Positions 46,100 to 60,723 of a DNA stretch of 64,000 nt are shown piece after piece. How positions within the stretch are numbered: position 1 is the stretch's first letter; each line of letters starts with the position of its first letter. Source of the stretch: the human T2T-CHM13v2.0 reference genome, Homo sapiens; NCBI RefSeq assembly GCF_009914755.1, contig NC_060937.1; one strand, given 5' to 3'. Position numbers and translations under genes: made by a program. Below the pieces are notes generated by a model, which was given only the letters and a program-made list of their open reading frames with translations, had not been told where the DNA came from and did no database searches.

Positions 46100-46580
46100 G
46101 ATATATCATGCTTGGCTGGAATTAAGCACAATAATCCCATTCTCCTTTGTCAGTGACTGGTCTAGGGGAAGCCACGTGGTCTGAGACGTGAGGGAAAGTC
46201 TGTCAGGATGCTTCTAGGAAGCCTTCCCAGGTAAAAGAAGAGATGGTTGTGAGAAGAGCTTCTCACTGTCCTGGATGCACTGCTCTCTTGTCCCCTCCAA
46301 CACACACACATACACATACACCCACTTCCTGCCTTGGGACACAGTTGAGTGAGAATATGATGCATAGAGCTGTAGCATCCACATGGTGACCATGTGTTAA
46401 CAAGAGGATGGCAGATTAGAAGGCTGGAAGAGTCTATGCCCCAATGACATTGTTGAGCTGCTGAACCAGCCCTGAAGTCACTTGTCTCTAATCTCCTATG
46501 TAAGTAAATAATACATGTCCTTATAGTTAAGCCATTGTTATTTGGGTTTTCTGCTACTTGGAGTCAACTGCATGCAAACT
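46100..46580 (+). mobile_element. MLT1-type MaLR LTR
   Basis: The 3' end gttaagccattgttatttgggttttctgctacttgg and internal motifs are typical of MLT1. Confidence 0.55.
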
Positions 46581-48318
46581 AACTGATTCATGTATTAAGG
46601 GATGAATGAGAGGCAGCAGGGCAGAAGCTACTGTCTTGATCTTCCTGAGGATGTCCTACTTCTAACGAGACATGCTTTGAATTTTCTGACATTAAAAATT
46701 ACCATAACAGCATCAGCACAGAAATCCTAATTATTACAGTTGCCCACTATCTTCTTGATTGATTAACAGGCAACTGAATGTATTCATTCACTCATACTCT
46801 TGTGCAAACATTCCTATGTATGTGTGTGGTGCATCTAGTACTCACGTGGGATACAGAGATTTCTCACACAGGATCTTTACTTCTAGGAGGATATTGTGTA
46901 AAAGGGAACAAAGTCACAGCACAAGATGATACAGGCTATGATAAGGTTCTGAATATACCTGCCTAAAACAAAATATTGTCTGAGGTTATTGTACCCATAG
47001 GTTAGAAATTTCTTTCATAGGCATAAAATAAGATTGATAGATGGCTAGCTAGATTAATAAAGAAATAAGAGAGAAGATCCAAATAAACACAATTAGAAAT
47101 GACAAAGGTGACATTACCACCAACTCCAGAGAAATACAAAAAAACCCCTCAGAGACTATTATGAACACCTCTCTGCACACAAACTAGAAAATCTAGAAGA
47201 AATGGATAAATTCTTAGAAACATACAACCTCACAAGATTGAACCAGGAAGAAATTGAATACCTGAACAGACCAATAACATGTTCAGAAATTGAATCAGTA
47301 ATAAAAAAACCTACCAACCAGAAAAATTCCTGGACCAGATGGATTCACAGCTGAATTCTGCCAAATGTGTAAAGAAGAGCTGGAACTAATCCTACTGAAA
47401 TGATTCTCAAAAAATCTAGGAGGAGGAACTTCTCCCTAACTCAATCTATGCAGCTAGCATCATTCTGATATCAAAACCTGGTAGAGACACAATGAAAAAA
47501 GAAAACTCCAGGCCAATATCCCTGATGAACATAGCTGCAAAAATCCTCAACAAAATACTAGCAAATCAAATCAAGCAGCACATCAAAAAGCAAATCTATC
47601 ACAATCAAGTAGGCTTTAATATTGGGATGCAAGGCTGGTTCAACATATACAAATCAATAAAGATGATTAATCACATAAACAGAACTAAAAACGAAAACCA
47701 CATGATCATCTCAATAGATGCAGGAAAGGCCTTCAATAAAATTCAACATCCCTTTATGTTAAAACCCTTAACAAACTAGGCATTAAAGAAACACACTTCA
47801 AAATAATAAGAGCCATCTATGACAAACCCACAGCCAACATCATACTGAATGGGCAAAGGCTGAAAGCATTCTCTTTGAGAATCGAAACAAGACAAGGATG
47901 CCCTCTCATTACTCCCATTCCACGCGGCACTGGAAGTCCTAGCCAGAGCAATCAGACAAGATGAAGAAGTAAAAGGCATCCAAATAGAAAGACAGAAAGC
48001 AAACATCTCTCTTCTCCAATGATATGATTCTATACCTATAAAACCCTGTAGTCTCTGCCCAAAGGCTCCTAGAACTGATAAACAACTTCAGTAAAGTTTC
48101 AGGATACAAAATCGATGTACAAACATCAGTAACATTTCTATACATCAATAACGTCCAAGCTGACGGCCAAATCAAGAATGCAATCCCATTCACAATAGCC
48201 ACAAAAAGAGTAAAATACCTAGGAATATCATTAACCAGGGAGGTGAAAGATCTCTACAATGAGAATTACAAACACTGCTGAAAGATGACACAAACACACA
48301 CAAATCAAACACTCATAA

Positions 48319-49373
<1,055 letters not shown>

Positions 49374-50383
49374 AAACACTCATAAATCAGAGATGACACA
49401 AACAAATGGAAAAACATTCCATGCTAATGGATAGGAAGACTCAACATTGTTAAAATGGCTATGCTGCCCAAAGTAATTTGCAGATTCAATGCTATTCCTA
49501 TCAAACTACCAATATCATTTTTTCACAGAATTAGAAAAGGCTCTTTTAAAATTCATAAGGAACCAAAAAAGAGCCAAACAGCCAAAACAATCCTAAGCAA
49601 AAAGAACAAACCCATAGGCATCACACTACCTGACTCCAAACTATAGTACAAGGTTATAGTAACCAAAACAGCATGGTGTTGGTATAAAAACAGACACATA
49701 CATTAATGGAGCAGGTTAACGAACCCCAAAGTAAAGCTGCACACCTACAACCATCTGATATTTGACAAAGCCAACTATAACAAGAAATGGGGAAAGGATT
49801 CCCTATTGAATAAATGGTGCTGGAATAACTGGCTAGCCATATGTGGAAGATTGAAACTGGATCCCTACCTTTCACCACATACAAAAATCAATTCAAGATA
49901 GATTAAAGGCTTAAACATAAAACCTAAAACTAAAAAAACCCTAGACAAAAACCTAGGAAATACCACTCTGGACATAGGCCTTGGCAAAGATTTCATGACA
50001 AGGACTCCAAAAGCAATTGCAGCAAAAACAAAAATTGGTAAGTGGAACCTACTTAAACTAAAGAGTTTCTGCACAGCAAAAGAAACTATCAACAGGGTAA
50101 AGAGACAACCTATGGAGTGGGAGAAAATATTTGCAAACTATGCATCCAACAAAGATCTAATATTCAGAATCTATAAGGAACTTAAATGAATCAACAAGCA
50201 AAAAAAACAAACAACCCATTAAAAAATGGGCAAAGAGACACTTCTCAAAAGAAGATGTACACGTGGCCAAAAAGCATATGAAAAAATGTTCTATGTCACT
50301 AATTATTAGAGAAATGCAAATCACAACCACAATGAGATAACATCTCACACCAGTCAGAATGGCCATTATTAAAAAGTCAAAAA

Positions 50384-51319
50384 GTGGCCTTTGAGACCCT
50401 ATGCTCAGGCCCGCTCCCAGACTGTAATGTGTACTTTCATTTTCAATAAAACCCCAATTCTTTCCTTGCTTTGTTTGTGTGTTTTGTCCAATTCTTTGTT
50501 CAAGACACCAATAACTTGGACACCCTCCACCGTTAACATATTTTGGTGAACCAGCCAGGAGGAAGAGTCAAGCAGGTTCGCTAGGGCCGCTCAGGGAGAG
50601 AGAACCTAGAAGCCTGGCATGCTGGCAAAAGGGTAAAAAAAGCTTTTTATGGTTTGAATCTTCTGGAAACATCAGAGAAAGACTGTCCTTGCCATCCACA
50701 CTACAACAAAACTTCGGGAGCTTGAACTTTGGGTTCATGGTGTTGCAACTGAGAAGGGCCCCTCCACACTGGAACAGTGCACCCACTGGAACCATGAGAG
50801 ACCATCAAGCTTCAGATGATCATGCAACAAAGGCTCCAGTCAGTTCCAGGTGAAGACACCACCACTGGCCATCAAGAAACTACCCTGCCTCCACTAGATA
50901 GAGCAGAGTGAGAGTTCCGTGATCCCCAATAGGTAAAGACTACGCCCCAGGTCAGCATGAAGCAGTTACAGAAAAAAAGACCATCGGTCCCTCTCCTTCC
51001 CATAAAGATTTATGAGGATCACATCTCTAAGTGGGGAGATGATGCAGGAAAATAGAGTCTGGAAGCAGGGAACATAGGCCGATTCACACTTTAGCTATAA
51101 CAGGAAATATCCTCTCCATAGGGCATACACCGAGTAAATGACTTTGTAACTTTTCTTCATCCACTTGATTTACATAGGGTGTACCCCAAGTAGAGGTATT
51201 TAAACTCACAAAATCTCTGTAACAGGGCCTTTGAGCTCCTATGCTCAGGCCCATGCTGTGGAGTGTCCTTTCATTTTCAATAAAACCCTTCATTCCCTCC
51301 AAAAAACAAAACAAAACAA
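50384..51319 (+). pseudogene. Processed (L1-retrotransposed) copy of an ERV1/MER61-like RNA: R-U5-PBS-short internal-PPT-U3-R-poly(A)
   Basis: Starts at R (ggcctttgag). U5 ends ...aaca at 50538, PBS 50544-50561, PPT 51029-51039. The 3' LTR starts tgatgcaggaaaatag at 51040 and stops 16 nt after AATAAA (51279-51284) in an A-rich tail. TSD aaaaagt(c/a)aaaaa at 50371-50383 and 51320-51332. Confidence 0.85.
50544..50561 (+). promoter_or_regulatory. Retroviral primer-binding site, tRNA-Arg type
   Basis: tggtgaaccagccaggag vs TGGCGAGCCAGCCAGGAG, the complement of the recalled tRNA-Arg(ACG) 3' end: 16/18 match. It starts 5 nt after the LTR end. Confidence 0.8.
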
Positions 51320-51885
51320 AAAAAGTAAAAAAATAACAGATGCCAGAGAGGTAGCAGAGAAAAGGGAACACTAATACACTGCTGATGGGAAGGTAAATTA
51401 GTTCAGCCACCATGGAAAGCAGTTTGGAGATTTCTCAAAGATCTTAAGACAGAACTACCTACCATTCAATCCAGCAACCCCATTATTGGGTATATACCCA
51501 AAAGAATATAAATTGTTCATTTATGTGAACAATGTATATATATTCACATTTATAAAGTGCATATAAATTATGCACATAAATTCATACACATTTAAAATGT
51601 GCATGTATGCTTATTGTAGCACTTCCCACAATGGCAAAGACATTAAATTAACCTAGGCTCCCATCAACAGTGGACTGGATAAAGAAAATGTGGTACCTGT
51701 ACACCCTGGAATACTATGCAGCCATAAAAAAAATAAAATCATGTTTTTTGCAGCAACATGAATGCAGCTAGAGGCCATTATCCTAAGCAAATTAATGCAG
51801 GAACAGAAAGTCAAATAGTGCATGTTCTCACTTATAAGTGGGATCTAAACATTAAATACACATGGGCATAAAAAAGGGGACAACA

Positions 51886-52245
<360 letters not shown>

Positions 52246-53444
52246 TTAGGAGATGAAGACTGAAAAACTACCTACTATGCAATCCCATTCACAATAGCCA
52301 CAAAAAGAGTAAAATACCTAGGAATATCATTAACCAGGGAGGTGAAAGATCTCTACTATGCTCACTACCTTGGTGACAAAATCATTTGTACACCAAATCC
52401 CAGTGACATACAACTTACCCATGTAACAAACCTGCACATGTACCCTCTGAACCTAAAATAAAATATGGAAGGAAAAAAAAGTAAAGAGCTATAACATTGT
52501 ATTGTGCTCTAAAAATTAGAGGGAACAGAGCAGCTTAATTACAAGTGGCCAGTTTTTCAGCTTTATATTCTTATGCTTGTTATGAGATCAATAAAAATTA
52601 TTTCCTGATTTTCTAGTTCTAAACATGCCAAGAAAACAACTGCCCTAACCTGGTATGCTAACATTAATAAATCATAATTATGTTCTCAATACTGTAATAA
52701 AAGTGTACAGCAGCCTGAAAAAAGAAATTTCTTTCATAGATATATACAATGAAAGTCACATAATATTTCCCTAGGAATGATGTTTTTTCACATGAAGTCA
52801 GCTGGCTAAATAACAACAACAAAAAGGGCTGACCACCACCCAGTTTTCATTAATAACCAGTATGTTCTACAATGATAACACATGACAAAAATACCTTTAT
52901 TGCACAGGTAGCTTCTATGTGTTTCAACTTCAACCTCTGGCAAAGCCATTAAGTATGCAATTTATCTTCAGTTCTTCCTTGGCTTGGTGGTAATATTTGC
53001 CTTCAAATACTCAATGACCCTCTGCCCTCTTTAATCCCTCAACACCCTTAAAAAGCAGAAAAGCATCTGACTTTTGGTCACTCATAGCTACAAATTATAC
53101 TGTAGCTGATATTCATTCATACTAAATAATTAACCTCAGTGGGCATTTCTATTTTAAGTGCCTTTATAAGTAACTGAAAAATAAAGCCTTGTTTTCTTTG
53201 TTAGAAAGTTTGAGAATCAGTAAGGAGGCAGAGGTAGTGGGTTGGGAGCATATGAGGCCTATTCCCTGGTCCTAAAGACAAATGCCTATTAGGGCGACTT
53301 GTGATAATACAGGTGAGAAGGAGAATGAATGGTCCATGGTTTGTCTTGCAGAAGTCCTGTCTTCTGGCATAGAAAGGGTTTCTTTCCTTTTCAAATCAAC
53401 CATCAGCCCCTCCTTGTTGACTGTGAGCTGGACCCTTTTGCCAA

Positions 53445-53551
53445 CCTCCCTATACCAACCCAACTCAGTCTCACCCTCCACCTCTCCACACCAACCCAAC
53501 TCAGTCTCACCCTCCATCTCTCTATACCAACCCAAATCAGTCTCACCCTCC
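53445..53551. repeat. Minisatellite, 36-bp unit x ~3
   Basis: accaacccaa(c/a)tcagtctcaccctcc recurs at 53454, 53490 and 53526. Confidence 0.93.
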
Positions 53552-54064
53552 TTCTTCTTTCTGCTTGAACACTCGTAGAGGCTTAAGAATATTTTGATTT
53601 CTAGCACAAGTGATATGCTTGATAAACATTTAAAAACATTTGAAACTATAACCAAAGCCACTCCCCCTCCCCTTCTATCTAGATGTTCTGAAACACATCC
53701 CTATAGGCATCTTTATTATTTTTCTGAGTTTACAAAATCTCTGACAAAGAACTTTCTCACTGGAATGACCTTCTTCCGTAAGTGCTATTATCGTGCAACA
53801 AAAACACCCAGTCTAGTGAAAATGAGCAAAACTTTATATATTTTACAGACTTGGGATAAAAGGAGAAAAAAAAGTTTATTAATATTTTACTTTACCTTTT
53901 ATTAACTGATGTAGTAGTTGTTAACAGTGGCATATACATATAGCCTTGTACATAAGAGGTGCTAAATAAATATGTATTGAATGCAAGCATGGGAGTCTGC
54001 TCAGTAACAGGAAACTAAGAATTTAATCTGCATACAATCTTTTCCACAGTAAAGTGTCATCTGA

Positions 54065-54445
<381 letters not shown>

Positions 54446-57400
54446 AGAGAGCCATCTTCTAACAGGGGCAGGAAACCCTGTTAGCTCCGGGTTATTCTTA
54501 AATCCTGATCCTGCTTCACCCTCAGCTTGACTTTGACCCCTACCAAGGTCTCAGCTCAGTTAGTTTCAGGCCGAGCTCCTCACTGGGCCTTACATGGACT
54601 CCCTGTCATAGCCTCTGAGTCTATAGGTGATGACCTCTCTTCTTACTTCCTGGTCCAAACAGAGTTGTTTGAAAGGCTGTCCAAAATAAAATTATAGGCT
54701 CGTAGAACTCATCCAAAGCAACTGCTCATTTTACTTAGAGTACCTTATTTATTCATTCTCTTCTATTTAAATTCAAGTAGGAATGAAAGATGAAGAAGAT
54801 TTTTGGAAAATCTGGGAATATGGAATGCAGAATGATGAAGTCAAGAGGATGATTCACGGATTAAGATGCTATACTTATAAACAAACCTTTAAGGGAAACC
54901 AAATGTTATCATTGTGTGTAGGTGAGTGTCAAAAACAAATGTTGAAAAATTGCAAACAATTGGCACAGCACTGGTTTACTGCATGGAAATGCACCCTTCC
55001 TGCTGCCTCCTCACAGACTCACACTCAGTATTAACACTCACACAAGAACAACCGCTAATTAGATTGAGAGACAGCATGGGTAGGGCAAGCTGTCAGGTCT
55101 TCACAGAGTCTACCCTTTCTATTTTTGCCTCTTTTAAGAGCCTTCAAAAGGTTAACATTCAATACTATGGTAAATTAAAGCCCAGCCATCAGACCTCCAT
55201 AGCCAAGGAAGAAGTTAGCAAAGCATAACAACCTTGACTACAGCAAATAGTATGCAGATGCTTTGGTTTTGGTATATAAAAGGTGGTCCTGGCAAAAGAC
55301 ATTTAATGCCACGTACTTCATTATTAAAGCTCAATGATCTCTCATGGCATTTCTTGGCCTGGTGACTTCAATCTCATACTGAAGCACTGTGCTTTTCTCA
55401 AAATATCAAATCTGTTTGGCATTTTTAAAAGCTATTCTGTTTTCCATCCCAACAGAATTCTCTGAGGTGTTAAGGGTACCGGGAAAAGGGAGGGTAGGTA
55501 GACAAGCCATTATTACCATGACTGTAGGTAGAAGCAAAAGGGGGATTTAATATGACCCAGATCCTAAAGATTCTTGGAAGCACCTACATGCAAAAGAATT
55601 TAGCATGAGGAATTCTTTTCTGAAGACAGGGATGCTAGCTGAATTAGTGATGGACAGGTTACAATGCTATAGTCCCTCTGGAGAGGTATTTCTAGCATCA
55701 AATCTTGGCTGCTGCTTTTTCCATTTTCTTTGTTACTACAAGTCACATTATACTGTTACCTATCATTTCTTCCAGGATGCTTCCTACAACTGTTGGTTTA
55801 CCATCTTAGGCCACAATAATGCTTATGAATCCACTGCCTACTGATGTTTACCCTGAGTTTTTCCAACCATTTCCTCAAGGCACCTGGAGTTCCTGTGAAA
55901 CATATGTTGGAACACCCAATAATAACAATCTTCCTTTGCTTCCAGCAGGCCGGGCACTATCACTTACATACTTTTTGACAGTCACTATGGTTCAAAACTA
56001 TTTGTAAGAATACAAAATAATAACATAAGGAAAGGCCACAGAGAAATAAGCAATCTGCACTGCACACACACAACTCAGGAGCGGGTAACACATCACTCCG
56101 TAGCTAAGGGCATTTGTGGTTTTGGGCTTTGAGGCTTACTGTGTGAGGGAACCTTCCAGGTTGCTGCGCTGGCTCCGATACAGAGTATGAAACAGCACTT
56201 GGAGCATGGGAAAACTTGACACATGAAGTAATCGTAATGTACTCTTTTATGATAGTACATTTATGTATGTGCATATGTATATATACATCCACACATATAC
56301 ATTTTTTGAAGAAATATTTCAGGGATAAATAGCATTGCAATGAATCAGTGGTATGGGGTATGTAGGAAGATGTGGCTAGATATATAAGCTGGTATGGATT
56401 CTAGGTGTAAACATCTGGAGGGAAGGGACTGAATCTTATTCTTCCTAACATCTTCAGCACCAGGCACAGTCTTGGTACATCACAGAAGCTCAGGAAATAT
56501 CTAGTGACTAAATGAATGACTGCATGGCCATTGCCACTGCGGCTGTGTCAAAGCCACAGAATGACCGCAGTGGTATATAAGCCACCAATAACATAGGGAA
56601 GCCTGATAACTGCTCTCCTGGAACTTATGGGGGCAAGTTAGAAAGAAAGCAGGAACTTTGGGGTAGGAGAAAAGAATACCATTGGAATTCACTTTTTGAA
56701 ACATTCTTTTAATTTTAGGTTGTGAAGGCTCTTACGATGTGAGCGACAAATTAAGAATACTAAATATCGGTTGGTAAAGCTTTCTAATTAAATTTAGGGC
56801 ACAGCTGATCTGATATATATTTACATTATATATCACTGATACTGAGCTGCATGGTAATCAGAAACACACAAACAATTCACATAATGACTGTAATTAATCA
56901 GGGGTTTCTACAATCGAACATAGGCGGGTTGGTCATTTCCTCCTTTGTGTTAGTTCTCCATTTTCTTTAACCATGTAAATCTGTTTGTTTCCCACTTATA
57001 CCTTGAAATTCTTACTCCTAAAAAGACTAGAGTCCTGGATGCCATTCCAACAAGTTCCCCTGCCTCTGCTTCCTGTGGCTCCCTCTTTCTCCCTATACCC
57101 CTCCCACTTATCTCCCTTTGTGCCCCATCTGAGAATTCCCTTAGCAGTGCCTGTCTTGGGAGGTTGAGGGCTTTAGGCAGCACAAACTTTGAGACATGAA
57201 GTTGTGTATGTTTGGCCATGGGTGCCGTGGCTTGGTCAGCAGGCAATGCTGAGAATCATACAGAGGGGAGAGGAGAGAACACTACGTGAAGAGACTGTAG
57301 ATTAACCCAGGGTCTTGGGCTGAGCTAGGGTGAGTAGGGTGGCACCAGACTTTCCTTGGTGTCCTCCAGAGCCTGTACTATCCTCTATTGCATTATTATA

Positions 57401-59268
57401 ATTCTTCATGACACTTAGGAATTTTTTCATGTCTGTCTCCCTCTACTTTATGATTGCACCCCAAGACCTAACACAGTGCAATGTTCTAGTTGTGTAGTCA
57501 TGTGAGGTAGCTTAACAGAACCCTGGTTTTCAGAAACACACTTTATACCCAATTTTTGACGTATTCTGACATGTCTTAGCATTATTTTTTGGGATGAAGA
57601 AGTTTAATATAGATAGAGTTTGAGGTTAGGAATCTGTAAGAGAAACGTTTTAAATGAAGGAAAGAGCCTGAGAGGAATCAGCAGTGTTTGAGTGTGTGGG
57701 AGTTTACAGCAGAGACAGCACTGGGATGAAAGTTGAAGCCTGCTTTTCAGCCTAGCATGGCCTATAACTCTCTGTGTGATGCCAGACAAGTCATTTCAGC
57801 TTTCTGCACATTCGTTTCTTCATCTTCAAAGTGAAAAAAAAAACAGACTAAATTATTTCTAGCTCTAATTTTTTTCCTTTGGCTCTTATATAATTTACTT
57901 CAGTTTTAGTTTACAAGTTGCCAGGGATCAATTTGAATAAAATGGAAAGTTAGGTTTAAATAATATTTTTATACGATTTTATTAAAGTTTAGCTTTTCTT
58001 CAAATTGGTTCACTAAGATTTTGAAGTTAAGAAAATTTTTTTGAAAGGCAGCTTGATGTCATGGAAGAAACATTTTATCAGGAATTAGAAGACTGACTTT
58101 TGATCCTCATTCTGGCACTAACTGGTGAAGTAGTTTTGGCCAAAATGACTTATCTTCTCTTAGTTTTCTTCACCTAAAAAAATGAGGGGGACAGTTGGCA
58201 GAAATGCAATTCAAGTACACTGTGTGGTTCTGCTGATTGATAATATTTTATTTAGTTATTATAATGTGAAATCTGAACACTATTCTAACTAAAATTCTAC
58301 TATGAATTTACTGGGGTAAGTGCATATCTGACATTGGGATAGGGAATAGGAATAGGGAGATATTAAGTGTGTATCATATGTAGGGATGGGAAAGTGAAAG
58401 AGTGCTCAATCCTGAATGTCTATGGTTGAAGTAAAAAATAATGCCTAAAATGGATAGAAGAAACATGAGTATGCTATTTAGAGATATGGGGGCAAAAAAT
58501 AAATCAGCAAAAAGAGTTGAAAGTGTTTGCATCTGAGCTATTTTTCATAAGAAGTCTTATACATTTAATTTTAAAAACTATGTCCATACGTAATTAAGAT
58601 AAAGCATTAAGTGACTCCCTTTCTTCCTTGCCGGTTAGTCTGCACACCTGCCTGTAGTTTATTTAACAAGCCCTGGCTATGAATCAGGCACTCTGCTAGA
58701 TGCTGAGGATACAAAGCCCAATGAGACCTGGTTCTGCACTTCATGGAGTTTTCAGCCAGAACTGGGAGGGGATCTGTACTCAATAATTAGTGCAGAGAGC
58801 AGGTGGGATCCTCAGCCAGGGGTCAGCACAATATGGTAGTGGAGCAAACCAGAAGAGCTCCTACCCCAGAGGCTAGGGGTCAGGAGAAGAGTCAGAGAAA
58901 TTTTCCTGGAAGAAGTAATGTTCAAGAGGAATCTTGAAGAACGAGTAAGAATTAGACAGCGCAGGAGGGTGGAGATTTCAGGCAGAAGGAACAGCAGGGG
59001 GGTGCTGAGTTAGAAGTGATTAAGTGATAGCTTATTAATCCACAAAGAGCCCCTTGTCTGTGATCTTACAGTTCTTGTTACAGCACCCAGAATAACCTTC
59101 GTGCCTGATACATATTCATTGAGGTTTATGATCATAAAATACCTCATCTTAAATCAAAGCCGAATAAACCAATCAGAGCACACAAAGATTTATGTGAAAA
59201 ATTCCAATAACCAGAGAAGTTAGAACTTATCACTGCTAAATGTATTCTTCCTTATTAAGAACATCAGG

Positions 59269-60723
59269 GAGAACAAAGCTGGAGGCATCATGCTACCTGA
59301 CTTCAAACTACACTACAAGGCTACAGTAACCAAAAACTGCTACCAAAACAGAGATATAGACCAATGGAACAGAACAGAGGCCTCAGAAATAATGCTGCAT
59401 ATCTACAACTATCTGATCTTTGACAAACCTGACAAAAACAAGAAATGGGGAAAGGATTCCCTATTTAATAAATGGTGGTGGGAAAACTGGCTAGCCATAT
59501 GTAGAAAGCTGAAACTGGATCCCTTCCTTACACCTTGTACAAAAATTAATTCAAGATGGATTAAAGACTTAAATGTTAGACCTAAAACCATAAAAACCCT
59601 AGAAGAAAACCTAGGCAATACCATTCAGGACATAGGCATGCGCAAGGACTTCATGTCTAAAACACCAAAAGCAATGGCAACAAAAGCCAAAATTGACATA
59701 TGGGATCTAACTAAACTAAAAAGCTTCTGTACAGCAAAAGAAACTACCTATAGGCAACCTATAGAATGGGAGAAAATTTTTGCAATCTACTCATCTGACA
59801 AAGGGCTAATATCCAGAATCTACAATGAACTCAAACAAATTTACAAGAAAAAAACAACCCCATCAACAAGTGGGTGAAGGATATGAACAGACACTTTTCA
59901 GAAGAAGACATTTATGCAGCCAAAAGACACATGAAAAAATGTTCATCATCACTGGCCATCAGAGAAATGCAAATCAAAACCACAATGAGATACCATCTCA
60001 CACCAGTTAGAATGGCAATCATTAAAAAGTCAGGAAACAACAGGTGCGGGAGAGGATGTGGAGAAATAGGAACACTTTTACACTGTTGGTGGGACTGTAA
60101 ACTAGTTCAACCATTGTGGAAGTCAGTGTGGTGATTCCTCAGGGATCTAGAACTAGAAATACCATTTGACCCAGCCATCCCATTACTGGGTATATACCCA
60201 AAGGACTATAAATCATGCTGCTATAAAGACACATGCACAGGTATGTTTATTGCGGCACTATTCACAATAGCAGACTTGGAACCAACCCAAATGTCCAACA
60301 ACGATAGACTGGATTAAGAAAATGTGGCACATATATACCATGGAATACTATGCAGCCATAAAAAATGATGAGTTCATGTCCTTTGTAGGGACATGGATGA
60401 AGCTGGAAACCATCATTCTCAGCAAACCATCGCAAGGACAAAAAACCAAACACCGCATGTTCTCACTCATAGGTGGGAACTGAACAATGAGAACACGTGG
60501 ACACAGGAAGGGGAACATCACACTCTGGGGCCTGTTGTGGGGTGGGGGGAGGGGGGAGGGATAGCATTAGGAGATATACCTAATGCTAAATGACGAGTTA
60601 ATGGGTGCAGCACACCAACGTGGCACATGTATACATACGTAACAAACCTGCACGTTGTGCACATGTACCCTAGAACTTAAAGTATAATAAAAAAAAGAAA
60701 TAAAAAAAAATAAATAATAAAAA
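59269..60723 (+). mobile_element. 5'-truncated L1PA3/4-like LINE-1 (~1.45 kb)
   Basis: ORF2 C-terminal fragments at 59290..59877 and 59874..60134, 3'UTR and A tail. TSD aagaacatcagg at 59257-59268 and 60724-60735, at a TT/AAGA site. Confidence 0.94.

Noticed and set aside
53272-53661. Overlapping ORFs with 12-aa repeats (GETELGWYREV / QPNSVSPS)
   Set aside because: By-product of the 36-bp minisatellite. No splice or homology support. Not CRISPR-like, because there are no unique spacers.
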